NCBI GenBank assembly: GCA_003599635.1
Contig: QZIX01000012.1
Location: 12,722 to 76,721, forward strand
DNA: 64,000 bases
Source: Candidatus Parcubacteria bacterium
GTDB taxonomy: Bacteria; Patescibacteriota; Patescibacteriia; Buchananbacterales; SURF-54
Direction of reading: 5' to 3'
Translations under genes and position numbers: made by a program
Notes under the pieces: generated by a model
Seen by the model: the letters and a program-made list of their open reading frames with translations, nothing else
Databases searched by the model: none
Told to the model about the DNA's origin: nothing
In this document: piece by piece, positions 51,263 through 61,257 of the stretch
Layout of the letters: each line of letters begins with the position of its first letter
Position numbering within the stretch: the stretch's first letter is position 1

Positions 51263-53014
51263 ATGGAAAAAATCTGGCAGTTTAAACCGGAGGTTTCTGA
51301 GGACTTTATAGACAGGTTCCCTGAAATGAACCCGATAATATCGCAGCTCTTATTTGACCGCGGGCTGGACACCCAGGAAAAAATTGATGAATTTTTAAAC
51401 TGCGATTTTAATGATCTTCATGATCCTTTTTTATTTAATGACATGGAAAAAGCCGTAAAAAGAATATTTACGGCGATTAAAAAAAATGAAAAAATCGTCA
51501 TTTACGGCGATTATGACGCAGACGGCGTTTCTTCGACAGTAATAGTTTACAAAACTTTAAAACTTTTGGGCTTTTCGCCTGAAGTATACATTCCTTATCG
51601 GGAAAAAGAGGGCTATGGCTTGAATATCCCGGTCTGTACTGAATTAATAAACAAAAAAATCAATTTGATTATTACTGTTGACTGCGGAATATCCAGTTTA
51701 GACGAAATAAAACTGCTTAAAAAAAACGGCATTGACGTTATTGTGACCGACCATCACAATGAACCGTTAAAGCTGCCTCCTGCATACGCGATAATTAATC
51801 CCAAACTTGCCAAAGAAAGGTACCATTTTAAGTTTCTCGCCGGAGCAGGCGTGGCTTATAAACTGGCGCAGTCGATAATTTTGCGACAGGAAAAATTTCT
51901 TAAAAAAAATATTGTCTTACCCGGGCAGGAGAAATGGTTTCTTGATTTGGTCGCCATCGGAACAATTACCGATATCGTTCCCATGCTTGGTGAAAACAGG
52001 ACGCTGGCAAAATACGGATTGCTTGTGCTTAAAAAAACCAGAAATCTGGGTATCAGAAAAATTTTTGAAAAGGCCGGTGTGAATATGAATTTAGCAGATA
52101 CTTTTAGCGTAGGTTTTCAGCTGGGTCCCAGAATTAACGCGGCGGGAAGAATGGCTCACGCTTCAACTGCTTACAATTTACTGACTACCGAAACTGAACA
52201 GACGGCTGTCGAAATTGCCGACGACCTGGAGGGGAAAAATCAGGAGCGCCAGAAGCAGACATTAAAAATAATCGAACAGGCGAGACGGACACTGGGAGAA
52301 GTGTCTAATAAAAAAATATTAATTGCCGTTGGCCAGTGGCCTTTAAGTCTGGTCGGCCTGGTGGCAGGCAAGCTGTGCGACGAATTTCACCGTCCGGTTC
52401 TCATTATAACTTCATCCGAAGACGGTTATTCCGGTTCAGGCAGGAGCATTGAAAAATTCAATATTACATCCGCCCTGCAAAAGTGCCGCGAGTTGCTGGA
52501 AAAATTCGGCGGCCACAGCCAGGCCTGCGGTTTTTCCATTAAAGATAAAAATAATCTTGATAAATTTTTACTTAAGATAGAAAAAATCGCAGAATCAGAA
52601 ATTACCGACGATGATATGGTGCCGACTATTTTAATAGATAAGGAAGTTGCCCTTGAAGACATAAACTGGGATTTGTATTCGGAATTAAAAAAATTCGAGC
52701 CGTTCGGCAATTCGAATGAAAAACCGAAATTTATGGCCAGAAGATTAAAAATAGTTGATTTACAGACAGTTGGACAGGACAACCGCCATCTTAAAATAAT
52801 GCTTACGCACCAAACGACCGTAATTAGGAAAACAATAGGTTTTTGTCTTGGCAAATGGTGTGATAAACTTAAAACAGGCGATTTGATAGACTTGGTTTTT
52901 GAAGTGGATAAAAGAGAATGGAACGGCAGCCAGGAGCTGCAGTTGAAGATAATTGACTTGAGATTGTCAAATAAAGATGTCAGCAGCCCTTTTGACTCTA
53001 AGAAAATATCATAA
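51263..53014 (+). CDS. recJ: Single-stranded-DNA-specific exonuclease RecJ
   Basis: DHH family motifs IYGDYDADGV, ITVDCG, VTDHHN. DHHA1 motif GGHSQACG. Confidence 0.9.
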   Translation: MEKIWQFKPEVSEDFIDRFPEMNPIISQLLFDRGLDTQEKIDEFLNCDFNDLHDPFLFNDMEKAVKRIFTAIKKNEKIVIYGDYDADGVSSTVIVYKTLKLLGFSPEVYIPYREKEGYGLNIPVCTELINKKINLIITVDCGISSLDEIKLLKKNGIDVIVTDHHNEPLKLPPAYAIINPKLAKERYHFKFLAGAGVAYKLAQSIILRQEKFLKKNIVLPGQEKWFLDLVAIGTITDIVPMLGENRTLAKYGLLVLKKTRNLGIRKIFEKAGVNMNLADTFSVGFQLGPRINAAGRMAHASTAYNLLTTETEQTAVEIADDLEGKNQERQKQTLKIIEQARRTLGEVSNKKILIAVGQWPLSLVGLVAGKLCDEFHRPVLIITSSEDGYSGSGRSIEKFNITSALQKCRELLEKFGGHSQACGFSIKDKNNLDKFLLKIEKIAESEITDDDMVPTILIDKEVALEDINWDLYSELKKFEPFGNSNEKPKFMARRLKIVDLQTVGQDNRHLKIMLTHQTTVIRKTIGFCLGKWCDKLKTGDLIDLVFEVDKREWNGSQELQLKIIDLRLSNKDVSSPFDSKKIS

Positions 53015-53016
53015 CA

Positions 53017-53412
53017 ATGAAAGCAATCATTCACACCGACGGAGGCGCCCGCGGAAATCCCGGTCCGGCCGGCGCAGCGGCAATAGTTGAAATCGGCGGT
53101 AAATCACTAAACTACGGTTTATTTATCGGCCGGGCCACAAACAATCAGGCAGAATATCAGGCTATAATTTTGGGTTTGACAAAGGCCAAGGAACTAGGGG
53201 CGACGGAAGCTGACTGTTTTTTAGACAGCGAATTGGTCGTCAAGCAGCTAAATCAGGAATACAAAGTCAAAAACAATGATTTGGCGCCTTTATTCGTAAG
53301 AGTTTGGAATTTGAAAATTGAATTTTATAAAATCCGATTTTTCCATATTCCGCGGGAAGAAAACAAAAATGCGGACAGACTTGTCAATAAGGTGATTGAT
53401 GAAAACATTTAA
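53017..53412 (+). CDS. rnhA: Ribonuclease HI
   Basis: TDGGARGNPGPAG, NNQAEY, DSELVVKQ and NKNADRLVN catalytic DEDD-type pattern. 131 aa. Confidence 0.85.
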   Translation: MKAIIHTDGGARGNPGPAGAAAIVEIGGKSLNYGLFIGRATNNQAEYQAIILGLTKAKELGATEADCFLDSELVVKQLNQEYKVKNNDLAPLFVRVWNLKIEFYKIRFFHIPREENKNADRLVNKVIDENI

Positions 53413-53496
53413 GTAAAAATGTTTTTAACTAATAAAATTTTAAATTTTCTAACAAAGCACCGCCGGATATTGGACGATTAATAAAAACAATAAACC

Positions 53497-53529
53497 AAAA
53501 AAATCCCGTAACGCACGGAATTTTTTTTG
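53497..53529. terminator. Bidirectional terminator between rnhA and the RNase P RNA gene
   Basis: A-run, short stem ATCCCGT / ACGGAAT (one mismatch), then a T8 run. Confidence 0.5.
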
Positions 53530-53589
53530 TCCAATCAAGCTTATAAGCCGAATTCTGTAATATTAACCCTGTAATTGATTTTACCATGG

Positions 53590-53937
53590 ATAAATATCAA
53601 CGGTCATCTGTCTAGGCCCGGCGTCGCCGCCGGACTCAAGCTGCCTACCCCTCCGACGCAGAGTCGGAGGACATCTGGCATTGCACCGGGTAGAGTTTAC
53701 CACAAAATCCGCATCACTGCGGTTTGAGTTTTGTAGCCGTAAGTTAAAGGGATATCCCGTTTTTAACTTAAAACACCAAAACACTTTTCACCTTTTTCCC
53801 GCCTAAGCGGAATAGTATTGTCTCTGTGGCACTGGTCCTCAATTCCGATTGCTCGGAACCGGGTGGGCGTTACCCATTACCCTTATCTGGTGTTCGGACT
53901 TTCCTCTCCAAAATATTTTTCGGAGCGACCATTTGGC
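53590..53937 (-). ncRNA. rnpB: RNase P RNA (bacterial type A); ends approximate
   Basis: The minus strand contains the universal GGAGAGGAAAGTCCGAACACC (P4/CR-I), GGTAAACTCTACCCGGTGCAA, and GGTAGGCAGCTTGAGTCCGGCGGCGACGCCGGGCCTAGACAGATGACC (CR-IV/V region). GC-rich island in AT-rich DNA. Confidence 0.85.
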
Positions 53938-53976
53938 TTAATTGGACAATAAACATACTATCATAATAAAGATACA

Positions 53977-54005
53977 TTGTCAAGAATAAGCATTTATATT
54001 ACAAT
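53977..54005 (+). promoter_or_regulatory. Sigma-70-type promoter candidate for the glycan gene cluster
   Basis: TTGTCA (53977-53982), 17-nt spacer, TACAAT (54000-54005). About 30 nt upstream of the ATG at 54034. Confidence 0.45.
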
Positions 54006-54033
54006 TTTAATGTATACAATGAACTGATAAAAT

Positions 54034-55431
54034 ATGAAAAAAGGTGAAATGGTTATAGCGGTAATTACCGTGCCCCTGGATTATCTGGCTCTGGTTTCGG
54101 CCGGTTTATTTTCATATTGGTTGAGGTACTTGCCGTCATTGCAGGAAGCCAGGCCGATTATTTTTAATTTGCCTTTTGAAATTTATGCTATCTGGGTTTT
54201 TATAATTGCTTTCGTTTGGATGTTGATTTTTGCTTTGTCGGGAATGTATGAAATTTCCGGTAATAAAAGACTGCAAAACGAAGCGACAAAAATAATTTTT
54301 GCCTGTTCAGTCGGAATTTTGGCAATTATTCTGGCCCTATTTTCTTCAAGGCAGTTGTTTTCTTCCCGTTTTATAATTTTAGCGGCCTGGATTTGCAGCA
54401 TTTTGTTTATCGGTTTTGAAAGGCTAATTATCCGTCTGATTCAAAGAAGCCTGTACCGCCGCGGTATCGGCGTCCACCGGGTGGCGATAATCGGTAACGG
54501 GTCTTTGGGAGAAAGCTTACTTGAAGAGCTGAGCCAAAAACCGACGCTGGGATATAAAGTTATAAGGAGGTTTTCTGTTGTTAACGATGACACTATCGCT
54601 GAACTTAGGAAAAACAAAAATGATCTGGATGAAATAATTCAGCTTGACCATAATATTTCGCGAAATGATGCTTTGCGGCTGATCGCCTTTGCCAATGAAA
54701 ACAATCTGGCCTACAAATATGCCGCCGATTTACTTGAATCGCGCGTTGTGAATTTGGAAATTGAAGCCATTGCCGGAATTCCCATTCTGGAAATAAAAAA
54801 AACGCCTCTGGACGGGTGGGGCAGGGTATTTAAAAGGGTATTTGATATTTTCTTTTCCCTGATGTTTATAGTTTTGTTTTCGCCGGTTTTTCTGGCCGCA
54901 ATTTTGCTGATAAAATTTGATACGCCGGGGCCGGTATTGTTTAAATACAAACGAGTGAGGGAGAAAGGAAAAACTTTCGATTTTATAAAATTCCGGTCAA
55001 TGTATGACGGCAGTCATCAGCTGCGTTATGACAAAGGTTTTTTGGCAGCCAATAAAAATTTACGCGAAGGAAGTCCGATGATAAAAATTAAAGACGACCC
55101 GAGAATCACGACTGCGGGCAAAATTTTGCGGCGCTGGAGCATTGACGAACTGCCTCAATTATTTCTGGTTCTAACCGGAAAAATGAGTTTGATAGGTCCC
55201 AGGCCGCATGAAAAAGAAGAGGTGGATAATTACCAAGGTCGCCATAAAAAAGTTTTATCAATAAAACCTGGCATTACCGGCCTGGCGCAGATTTCCGGAC
55301 GGTCTGATCTGGATTTTGAAGAGGAAATCCGTCTTGATACGTACTATATCGAGAACTGGTCGATAATGCTGGATATTTCAATTCTTTTGCGCACCCCATT
55401 GGCGGTGTTAAGGAAAAGGGAAACGTTATAA
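54034..55431 (+). CDS. Polyprenyl-phosphate sugar phosphotransferase (WbaP/EpsB-type bacterial sugar transferase)
   Basis: N-terminal 4-5 TM helices plus a Rossmann-like linker. C-terminal FKRVFDI.., GPVLFKYKRV, KFRSM, DELPQLF, MSLIGPRP. Confidence 0.85.
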   Translation: MKKGEMVIAVITVPLDYLALVSAGLFSYWLRYLPSLQEARPIIFNLPFEIYAIWVFIIAFVWMLIFALSGMYEISGNKRLQNEATKIIFACSVGILAIILALFSSRQLFSSRFIILAAWICSILFIGFERLIIRLIQRSLYRRGIGVHRVAIIGNGSLGESLLEELSQKPTLGYKVIRRFSVVNDDTIAELRKNKNDLDEIIQLDHNISRNDALRLIAFANENNLAYKYAADLLESRVVNLEIEAIAGIPILEIKKTPLDGWGRVFKRVFDIFFSLMFIVLFSPVFLAAILLIKFDTPGPVLFKYKRVREKGKTFDFIKFRSMYDGSHQLRYDKGFLAANKNLREGSPMIKIKDDPRITTAGKILRRWSIDELPQLFLVLTGKMSLIGPRPHEKEEVDNYQGRHKKVLSIKPGITGLAQISGRSDLDFEEEIRLDTYYIENWSIMLDISILLRTPLAVLRKRETL

Positions 55432-55447
55432 TAAAATTAAAAAAACC

Positions 55448-56566
55448 ATGAAAATAGCATTAATACACGACCATTTGACGCAGGAAGGGGGAGCCGAAAA
55501 AGTTCTCAAGGTTCTGCAGGAAATGTACCCGCAGTCTCCGACTTTTACACTTCTTTACGATGAAAAAAAGCTGCCGTCTTTTAAAAATAAAAAAATCGTT
55601 ACTTCATTTTTACAAAAAATGCCGATGGCATTAAAAAAATATCAAATGTATCTGCCATTAATGCCGACAGCAACCGAAAGCTATGACTTAATGGATTATG
55701 ACGTTGTGATTTCCTCAAGCTCGGCGTTCGCCAAAGGCGTAATTACCCGAACTAATACCCTGCATATCTGTTATTGCCACACTCCCACCCGTTATCTGTG
55801 GAGCGATACTCACCGCTACGTCGAAGAATTACACTATAATAAGTTGGTAAAAAAATTCATACCGCCTCTTTTAACGCGGCTGCGTCAGTGGGACCGGCTG
55901 GCGGCAGACAGAGTTGATTTTTTTATCGCTAATTCGGAAAATGTCGCCGGTAGAATAAAAAAATATTACCGCCGTGACAGTACGGTTATTTTTCCGCCCG
56001 TTGATACTTCTAATTTTTATATTTCAAAAATTACAGCCGATTATTATTTGACCGGAGGACGTCTGGTGGCTTACAAAAAATTCGATCTAGTGGTCGAAGC
56101 GTTTAATCACCTGAAGATACCGCTTAAAATATTCGGTGACGGTCCGATTAAAGACAAGCTTGAAAAACTGGCCAAGCAAAATATTGAATTTGTCGGCACT
56201 GTATCAGATGACAAACTTGCCAAATTATACAGTGAGGCCAGGGCTTTTGTGCACCCCCAGATAGAAGATTTCGGCATAACAGCCGTGGAAGCTATGGCGT
56301 CAGGCCGGCCGGTCATCGCCTATCAGGCCGGCGGTGCCAATGAAACCGTAATTGAAGCTAAAACGGGAAAATTTTTCGACGAACAGACCTGGGAATCCTT
56401 GGCTGACGCCATTATAAGATTTAAAAGTGAAGATTACGATCCTTATGAAATAAAACTCCATGCTGAAAAATTCCGCACTGAAAGATTCATAAAAGAAATG
56501 AATGATTTTATATCCGGCCACTGGAATAAGCTTTCCGCCGATAAAAGGCAGGTTAGATTTTTATAA
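55448..56566 (+). CDS. Glycosyltransferase family 4 (GT-B)
   Basis: E-x7-E region EDFGITAVEAMASGRPVI and GT-B length. Confidence 0.8.
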   Translation: MKIALIHDHLTQEGGAEKVLKVLQEMYPQSPTFTLLYDEKKLPSFKNKKIVTSFLQKMPMALKKYQMYLPLMPTATESYDLMDYDVVISSSSAFAKGVITRTNTLHICYCHTPTRYLWSDTHRYVEELHYNKLVKKFIPPLLTRLRQWDRLAADRVDFFIANSENVAGRIKKYYRRDSTVIFPPVDTSNFYISKITADYYLTGGRLVAYKKFDLVVEAFNHLKIPLKIFGDGPIKDKLEKLAKQNIEFVGTVSDDKLAKLYSEARAFVHPQIEDFGITAVEAMASGRPVIAYQAGGANETVIEAKTGKFFDEQTWESLADAIIRFKSEDYDPYEIKLHAEKFRTERFIKEMNDFISGHWNKLSADKRQVRFL

Positions 56567-56676
56567 AAACTGATATTATAACGGAGCGTAAAGTCAAATA
56601 TCATTGTAATGGTTTCTGTTAAAGACAGAAAACTAGGCTAGATTCCGATCACAGGTCAATAATTAATTTTTGTTTT

Positions 56677-57759
56677 ATGCGGATAGGAATAGATATAAGA
56701 AGCTTGGCGGAAAAAAATTATTCCGGCATTCCTTTTTTTACTTTGAATCTTTTGGAAAATCTTTTTAAAATCGACAAAGAAAATACTTATTTGCTTTTTT
56801 GCAATTCGAAGGGAAAGGCCGCTTTGCCGGAATTTAAACATCCCAACGCCAAAGTTTTAAAATTCAACTATCCCAATAAGTTTTTCAATCTAAGCATGGC
56901 TTTTTTCGGTTTTCCCAAAATCGATAAATTGCTCGGCGGCCTGGATGTTTTTATCCTGCCCAACTGGCTGTTTTATTCAATCGGAGATAAAACCAGACTG
57001 GTTACCGTCGCCCATGATCTGGCCTTTAAAAAATATCCAGGTTTTTTTTCACCTAAACAACGTTTGTGGCACCGACTGATTAATCCGAAAAAAATTTTTA
57101 AAAAATCGGACAGGATAGTTGCTATTTCCGAAAGTACGAAAAATGATTTGATAAAGGATTTGGGTATCACGGAACAAAAAATTAAATTAATCTATCCGGG
57201 CATAACCGATAGTGGTAATAAAATAAACGAAACAACCGAATCTGTCAGGAAAAAGTATGACCTTCCTGAAAATTTTATTTTATTTGTCGGAACAATTGAA
57301 CCCAGAAAAAATTTATCCGCTTTAATCAGCGCCTGCCGGCAACTCAATTTACATGTAGTGGTGGCCGGCAGCTTGGGTTATAAAGCAAAAAGCTTTTTAG
57401 CCGATAAAGACATTATTTACATCGGTTACGTGCCAGAATCTGAAAAATCTGCCCTTTATTCTTTGGCGAAAGTTTTTGTTTATCCGTCCTTTTATGAAGG
57501 GTTTGGTTTTCCGCCTTTGGAAGCGGCTTTGTGCGGTACCCCGGTAATTTGCGGCTGCAATTCTTCTCTGCCGGAGGTAGCCGGTGACTTTGCCGTTATG
57601 GTTGACCCGTACAATGTTGAAGAATTAAAAAATGCCATAAATCAGGTTTTGACTGGTAATATAAAAGATCATACACAGCAGATAAAAGAACGTCTGCTTT
57701 TAAAATACAACTGGCAGCATGCCGCACAAATGTTTCTGGAGGTAATAAAAGGCGTTTAA
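56677..57759 (+). CDS. Glycosyltransferase family 4 (GT-B)
   Basis: FVGTIEPRKN and YEGFGFPPLEAALCGTPVI motifs. Confidence 0.8.
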   Translation: MRIGIDIRSLAEKNYSGIPFFTLNLLENLFKIDKENTYLLFCNSKGKAALPEFKHPNAKVLKFNYPNKFFNLSMAFFGFPKIDKLLGGLDVFILPNWLFYSIGDKTRLVTVAHDLAFKKYPGFFSPKQRLWHRLINPKKIFKKSDRIVAISESTKNDLIKDLGITEQKIKLIYPGITDSGNKINETTESVRKKYDLPENFILFVGTIEPRKNLSALISACRQLNLHVVVAGSLGYKAKSFLADKDIIYIGYVPESEKSALYSLAKVFVYPSFYEGFGFPPLEAALCGTPVICGCNSSLPEVAGDFAVMVDPYNVEELKNAINQVLTGNIKDHTQQIKERLLLKYNWQHAAQMFLEVIKGV

Positions 57760-57831
57760 GATGAAGTTTTGTACGCTTGCAAACCGAAAAAAATGATTTA
57801 ACTATTAGAAAGTGGGTCAAAAAACAAATTT

Positions 57832-58953
57832 ATGAAAATTGGCATTGACGCCCGGATGTACGGAAACTCTGTAACGGGAATCGGCGTTTATAGTGAAAAT
57901 TTAATTAGAAATATTCTGGAGCTGGATAAAGAAAACGAATATGTTATTTTTCTGCTGCCTGAAAATTACAACGCTTTTAAAATAAATTCACCAAAAGTAA
58001 AAAAAGTAAAGGTTAATATCGGCTGGTATGGCTGGAAGGAACAAATTATTTATCCTCTCATACTTCTTAAATATAAACTTGATCTTCTGCATTTTATCCA
58101 TTTTAACGTTCCGATTTTATATCCGAAAAAATTTATAGTAACCGTCCATGATATCACCCCGAAATTTTTTCCCGGCCCCAGGGTTAAAAAATCGTTAATC
58201 AGAAGATTTGCATTTGCCGCAGTTTATTATTTCGGGGTAAAAAGGGCTAAAGCTATTATCGCCGTTTCCAGACATACAAAAAATCATTTAATAAAATATT
58301 ACGGCATAAATTCAGAAAAAATCATTGTGGTTTATCCGTCGCGAAACCAAAATTTACCTTCAGAAGCGAATTATGTTATAATTAATGAAATAAAATCAAG
58401 ATTCGGCCTGACTAAACCGTATATTTTCTACGTTGGCGTCTGGCGCGACCACAAAAATCTTTGCGGATTGATAAAAGCTTTTGAAATTCTTGTCAATAGG
58501 TATAAAAAAGATATATTGCTTGTAATCGGGGGCAAGGAGGATCCAGGGTATCCGGAAATTAAAAGGGCGATAACAGAATCATCAGCAGGTGGAAGAATAA
58601 TTTTACCGGGTTTTATTAAAAATGATGAGCTCGGCGCATTTTACAGTCAGGCCAAAGTTTTTGCGATACCTTCATTTAATGAAGGATTCGGACTGGTGGC
58701 ATTGGAAGCGCTGTATTTCAAAATACCGGTCTTAGCTTCAGACACCACCAGTCTGCCCGAGGTTTTAGGTGATGCGGCGATTTATTTTGATCCAAACTCA
58801 GCCGAGGATATGGCAGAAAAATTCATGTTGTTACTGGAAAATGAACAATTGCGGCTTGACCTGATAAACAAAGGCAGCCAGGTATTAAAAAAATATAATT
58901 GGAAAGACAGCTGTAGAAAGATTCTAACAATTTATGAATCAGCGGCAAAATAA
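57832..58953 (+). CDS. Glycosyltransferase family 4 (GT-B)
   Basis: YVGVWRDHKN and NEGFGLVALEALYFKIPVL motifs. Confidence 0.8.
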   Translation: MKIGIDARMYGNSVTGIGVYSENLIRNILELDKENEYVIFLLPENYNAFKINSPKVKKVKVNIGWYGWKEQIIYPLILLKYKLDLLHFIHFNVPILYPKKFIVTVHDITPKFFPGPRVKKSLIRRFAFAAVYYFGVKRAKAIIAVSRHTKNHLIKYYGINSEKIIVVYPSRNQNLPSEANYVIINEIKSRFGLTKPYIFYVGVWRDHKNLCGLIKAFEILVNRYKKDILLVIGGKEDPGYPEIKRAITESSAGGRIILPGFIKNDELGAFYSQAKVFAIPSFNEGFGLVALEALYFKIPVLASDTTSLPEVLGDAAIYFDPNSAEDMAEKFMLLLENEQLRLDLINKGSQVLKKYNWKDSCRKILTIYESAAK

Positions 58954-61255
58954 GAAAAAAAAATTTGATGACAATGACTTTATTTTTGATCCGTTTGCGC
59001 CGGAAACAAGGATAAAAAATTTAATGTCAAGGCGGCGGTCGAAAGAAAATGTTTCGGCGGTAAAAGACATTTTTTTAACGGCTGAAAAAAAGACAGTGGA
59101 CGGGCCGGTTTTATTTAAAAAATCACGGTTAAAAATTGTTTTTTTAAATCTTACTTTATTTGATTTTTTTAATTTTATTTTTTACCCGGCAATTATAATT
59201 TTTAATTTCATTTGGGAAAGATTCAAATTGATATTATTGAAACGCCGGCTTTTAAAAAAATATGTTCAGAACGGGCCTGAGGAAGTCTGCGATATCTTTT
59301 CGCCTAAGGAAAAATTTCTGGGGCTAATCATGCCCTTCGGCTGGCACCGCGCGCTGTCAATATTTTTAGTGATATTGATTTTTATGATACTGCCTTTTGT
59401 CGCCTTGAATTTTGCCAGTTCGGTTTTTACAACCAGGGAAAAGGTTATGAATCTGTCCGAAGACGGCTACAGCCATCTGCAGCAGGCAGGCATTTCGTTA
59501 AATTCGCTGGAGTTTGATCAGGCGTCAAAAGAATTTAATGAAGCGTCTTTAAAATTTAGCCAGGCAAAAAGGGAAGTTGAAGGACAAAATCTTCTGTTTT
59601 ACACGCTGTCTTTAATTTCACCGGAATTTAAAAATGTGAAAAGCAGCGGAACCTACCTTTTGTCTGCCGGTGAAAATTTATCACAGGCCGGCTATTATAT
59701 AATGAAGGGGCTGAATAAAATTTACCATCAAAGAAGCGGTGATTTGGGCGCGAGAATTTCATTTTTTAATGATAATTTATCCAATGCCATACTAGCCGTA
59801 GCCAAAGCCAGCGAAAATATTTCTAAAGTCGATTTAGAACAGTTTTCATCCGCTAGTTTTGAAATCGAAACCCTGGCTGACAAAGATATTTCAGAACTGC
59901 AAGAAAAGCTGGGAGAATTTAATTATGTGACTGACGCCGTACTTGAATTTTTAGGTGAAAATGATTGGCAAAGATATCTTTTGATTTTTCAAAACAACAA
60001 TGAAATAAGGGCGACCGGCGGATTTATGGGCAGTTTTGCTTTAATTGATTTAAAGGACGGAAAAATTAAGAATTTGGAAGTACCCGGCGGTGGGACTTAC
60101 GATCTGCAGGGTCAGCTGAAAGTTGCCGTGTCATCACCTCAGCCGCTTACGCTTATAAATCCGCGCTGGGAATTCCAGGACGCTAACTGGTGGCCTGATT
60201 TTCCGACCGCAGCCAAAAAAATAATCTGGTTTTATGAAAATTCAGATGGTCCGACAGTTGACGGGGTTGTGGCCATAAATTCAAACGTCATGGAAGATTT
60301 GCTTGAAATAACCGGACCGGTATTTTTGCCTGCATACACAAGAACAATTACGGCCGGTAATTTTGAGATGGAAACCCAGAAAATAGTTGAAATAGAATAT
60401 GACCGGACTGAAAATAAGCCGAAAGAATTTATAGGTGATCTGGCCCCGATAATTTTTGACCGTCTTTCCAAACTTGATCAGTCCGGATTTGTAAAACTGC
60501 TTCAGGTGCTTTATAATAATTTGCAGGCAAAAAATATACAATTTTATTTTAGCGACGAAGATTTGGAGAATCTGGCCAGACAGCTGAACTGGGCGGGGCA
60601 GATGGCGCAAAATGACGGCGATTACCTTTCCGTCATATCAACTAACATCGCCGGCGCAAAAACCGACGCTGTTATTGATACGTCGATTGTCCACGAAGTA
60701 AAAGTTGCTAAAGACGGCACGGCAACGGTGACTTTAAAAATAACCAAAAAACATAACGGTGTTTCCGGCGATAACATTTTTACTGGCGTCGGAAATAATG
60801 ATTATCTGCGCATTTACACTCCCCAGGGAAGCCGTCTTGTCAAAGCATCCGGTTTTTCCCGCATACCGCCGGAATTATTTGAAGAAGGCAGTTACGAAAA
60901 AGATGTTGCCATTGCAGCCGTTGAAAACAGTATGAAAAAAGAGCCGGTTTCGAATATGGACATATATGATGAATTCGGCAAGACCGTTTTTGCCAACTGG
61001 CTTTCGATAAAGCCGGGGGAAGAAAAAAGCGTCACTGTAGAATATGAACTGCCGCATAAGTTTTCAGGCAGGTACAGTTTACTCCTGCAAAAACAAAGCG
61101 GAAAGGACAGTATAAATTTCTTAAGCAATGTTTATTTGTCTGAAATTTATTCGCCGAAACTGACTTATCCCGAAACTTTGACCGTAAAAAATAATCAGGT
61201 CATTTTCACAAATACTATTGACAAAGATCTTTTTTACGGATTTACTTTCAATTAG
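58934..61255 (+). CDS. DUF4012-like membrane-anchored extracytoplasmic protein
   Basis: TM segments near the N-terminus. FQNNNEIRATGGFMGSFALIDLKDGKI and PDFP motifs recall DUF4012. Overlaps the upstream gene by 20 nt. Confidence 0.65.
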   Translation: MNQRQNKKKKFDDNDFIFDPFAPETRIKNLMSRRRSKENVSAVKDIFLTAEKKTVDGPVLFKKSRLKIVFLNLTLFDFFNFIFYPAIIIFNFIWERFKLILLKRRLLKKYVQNGPEEVCDIFSPKEKFLGLIMPFGWHRALSIFLVILIFMILPFVALNFASSVFTTREKVMNLSEDGYSHLQQAGISLNSLEFDQASKEFNEASLKFSQAKREVEGQNLLFYTLSLISPEFKNVKSSGTYLLSAGENLSQAGYYIMKGLNKIYHQRSGDLGARISFFNDNLSNAILAVAKASENISKVDLEQFSSASFEIETLADKDISELQEKLGEFNYVTDAVLEFLGENDWQRYLLIFQNNNEIRATGGFMGSFALIDLKDGKIKNLEVPGGGTYDLQGQLKVAVSSPQPLTLINPRWEFQDANWWPDFPTAAKKIIWFYENSDGPTVDGVVAINSNVMEDLLEITGPVFLPAYTRTITAGNFEMETQKIVEIEYDRTENKPKEFIGDLAPIIFDRLSKLDQSGFVKLLQVLYNNLQAKNIQFYFSDEDLENLARQLNWAGQMAQNDGDYLSVISTNIAGAKTDAVIDTSIVHEVKVAKDGTATVTLKITKKHNGVSGDNIFTGVGNNDYLRIYTPQGSRLVKASGFSRIPPELFEEGSYEKDVAIAAVENSMKKEPVSNMDIYDEFGKTVFANWLSIKPGEEKSVTVEYELPHKFSGRYSLLLQKQSGKDSINFLSNVYLSEIYSPKLTYPETLTVKNNQVIFTNTIDKDLFYGFTFN

Positions 61256-61257
61256 AT

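Noticed and set aside
50925-51311. 128-aa + strand ORF
   Set aside because: It overlaps two minus-strand hydrophobic ORFs, one with a strong RBS, and the start of recJ. It has no RBS, and its sequence looks like antisense translation of membrane-protein codons.
52426-53034. 202-aa minus-strand ORF
   Set aside because: It is fully antisense to recJ, whose + strand translation carries unambiguous DHH/DHHA1 motifs.
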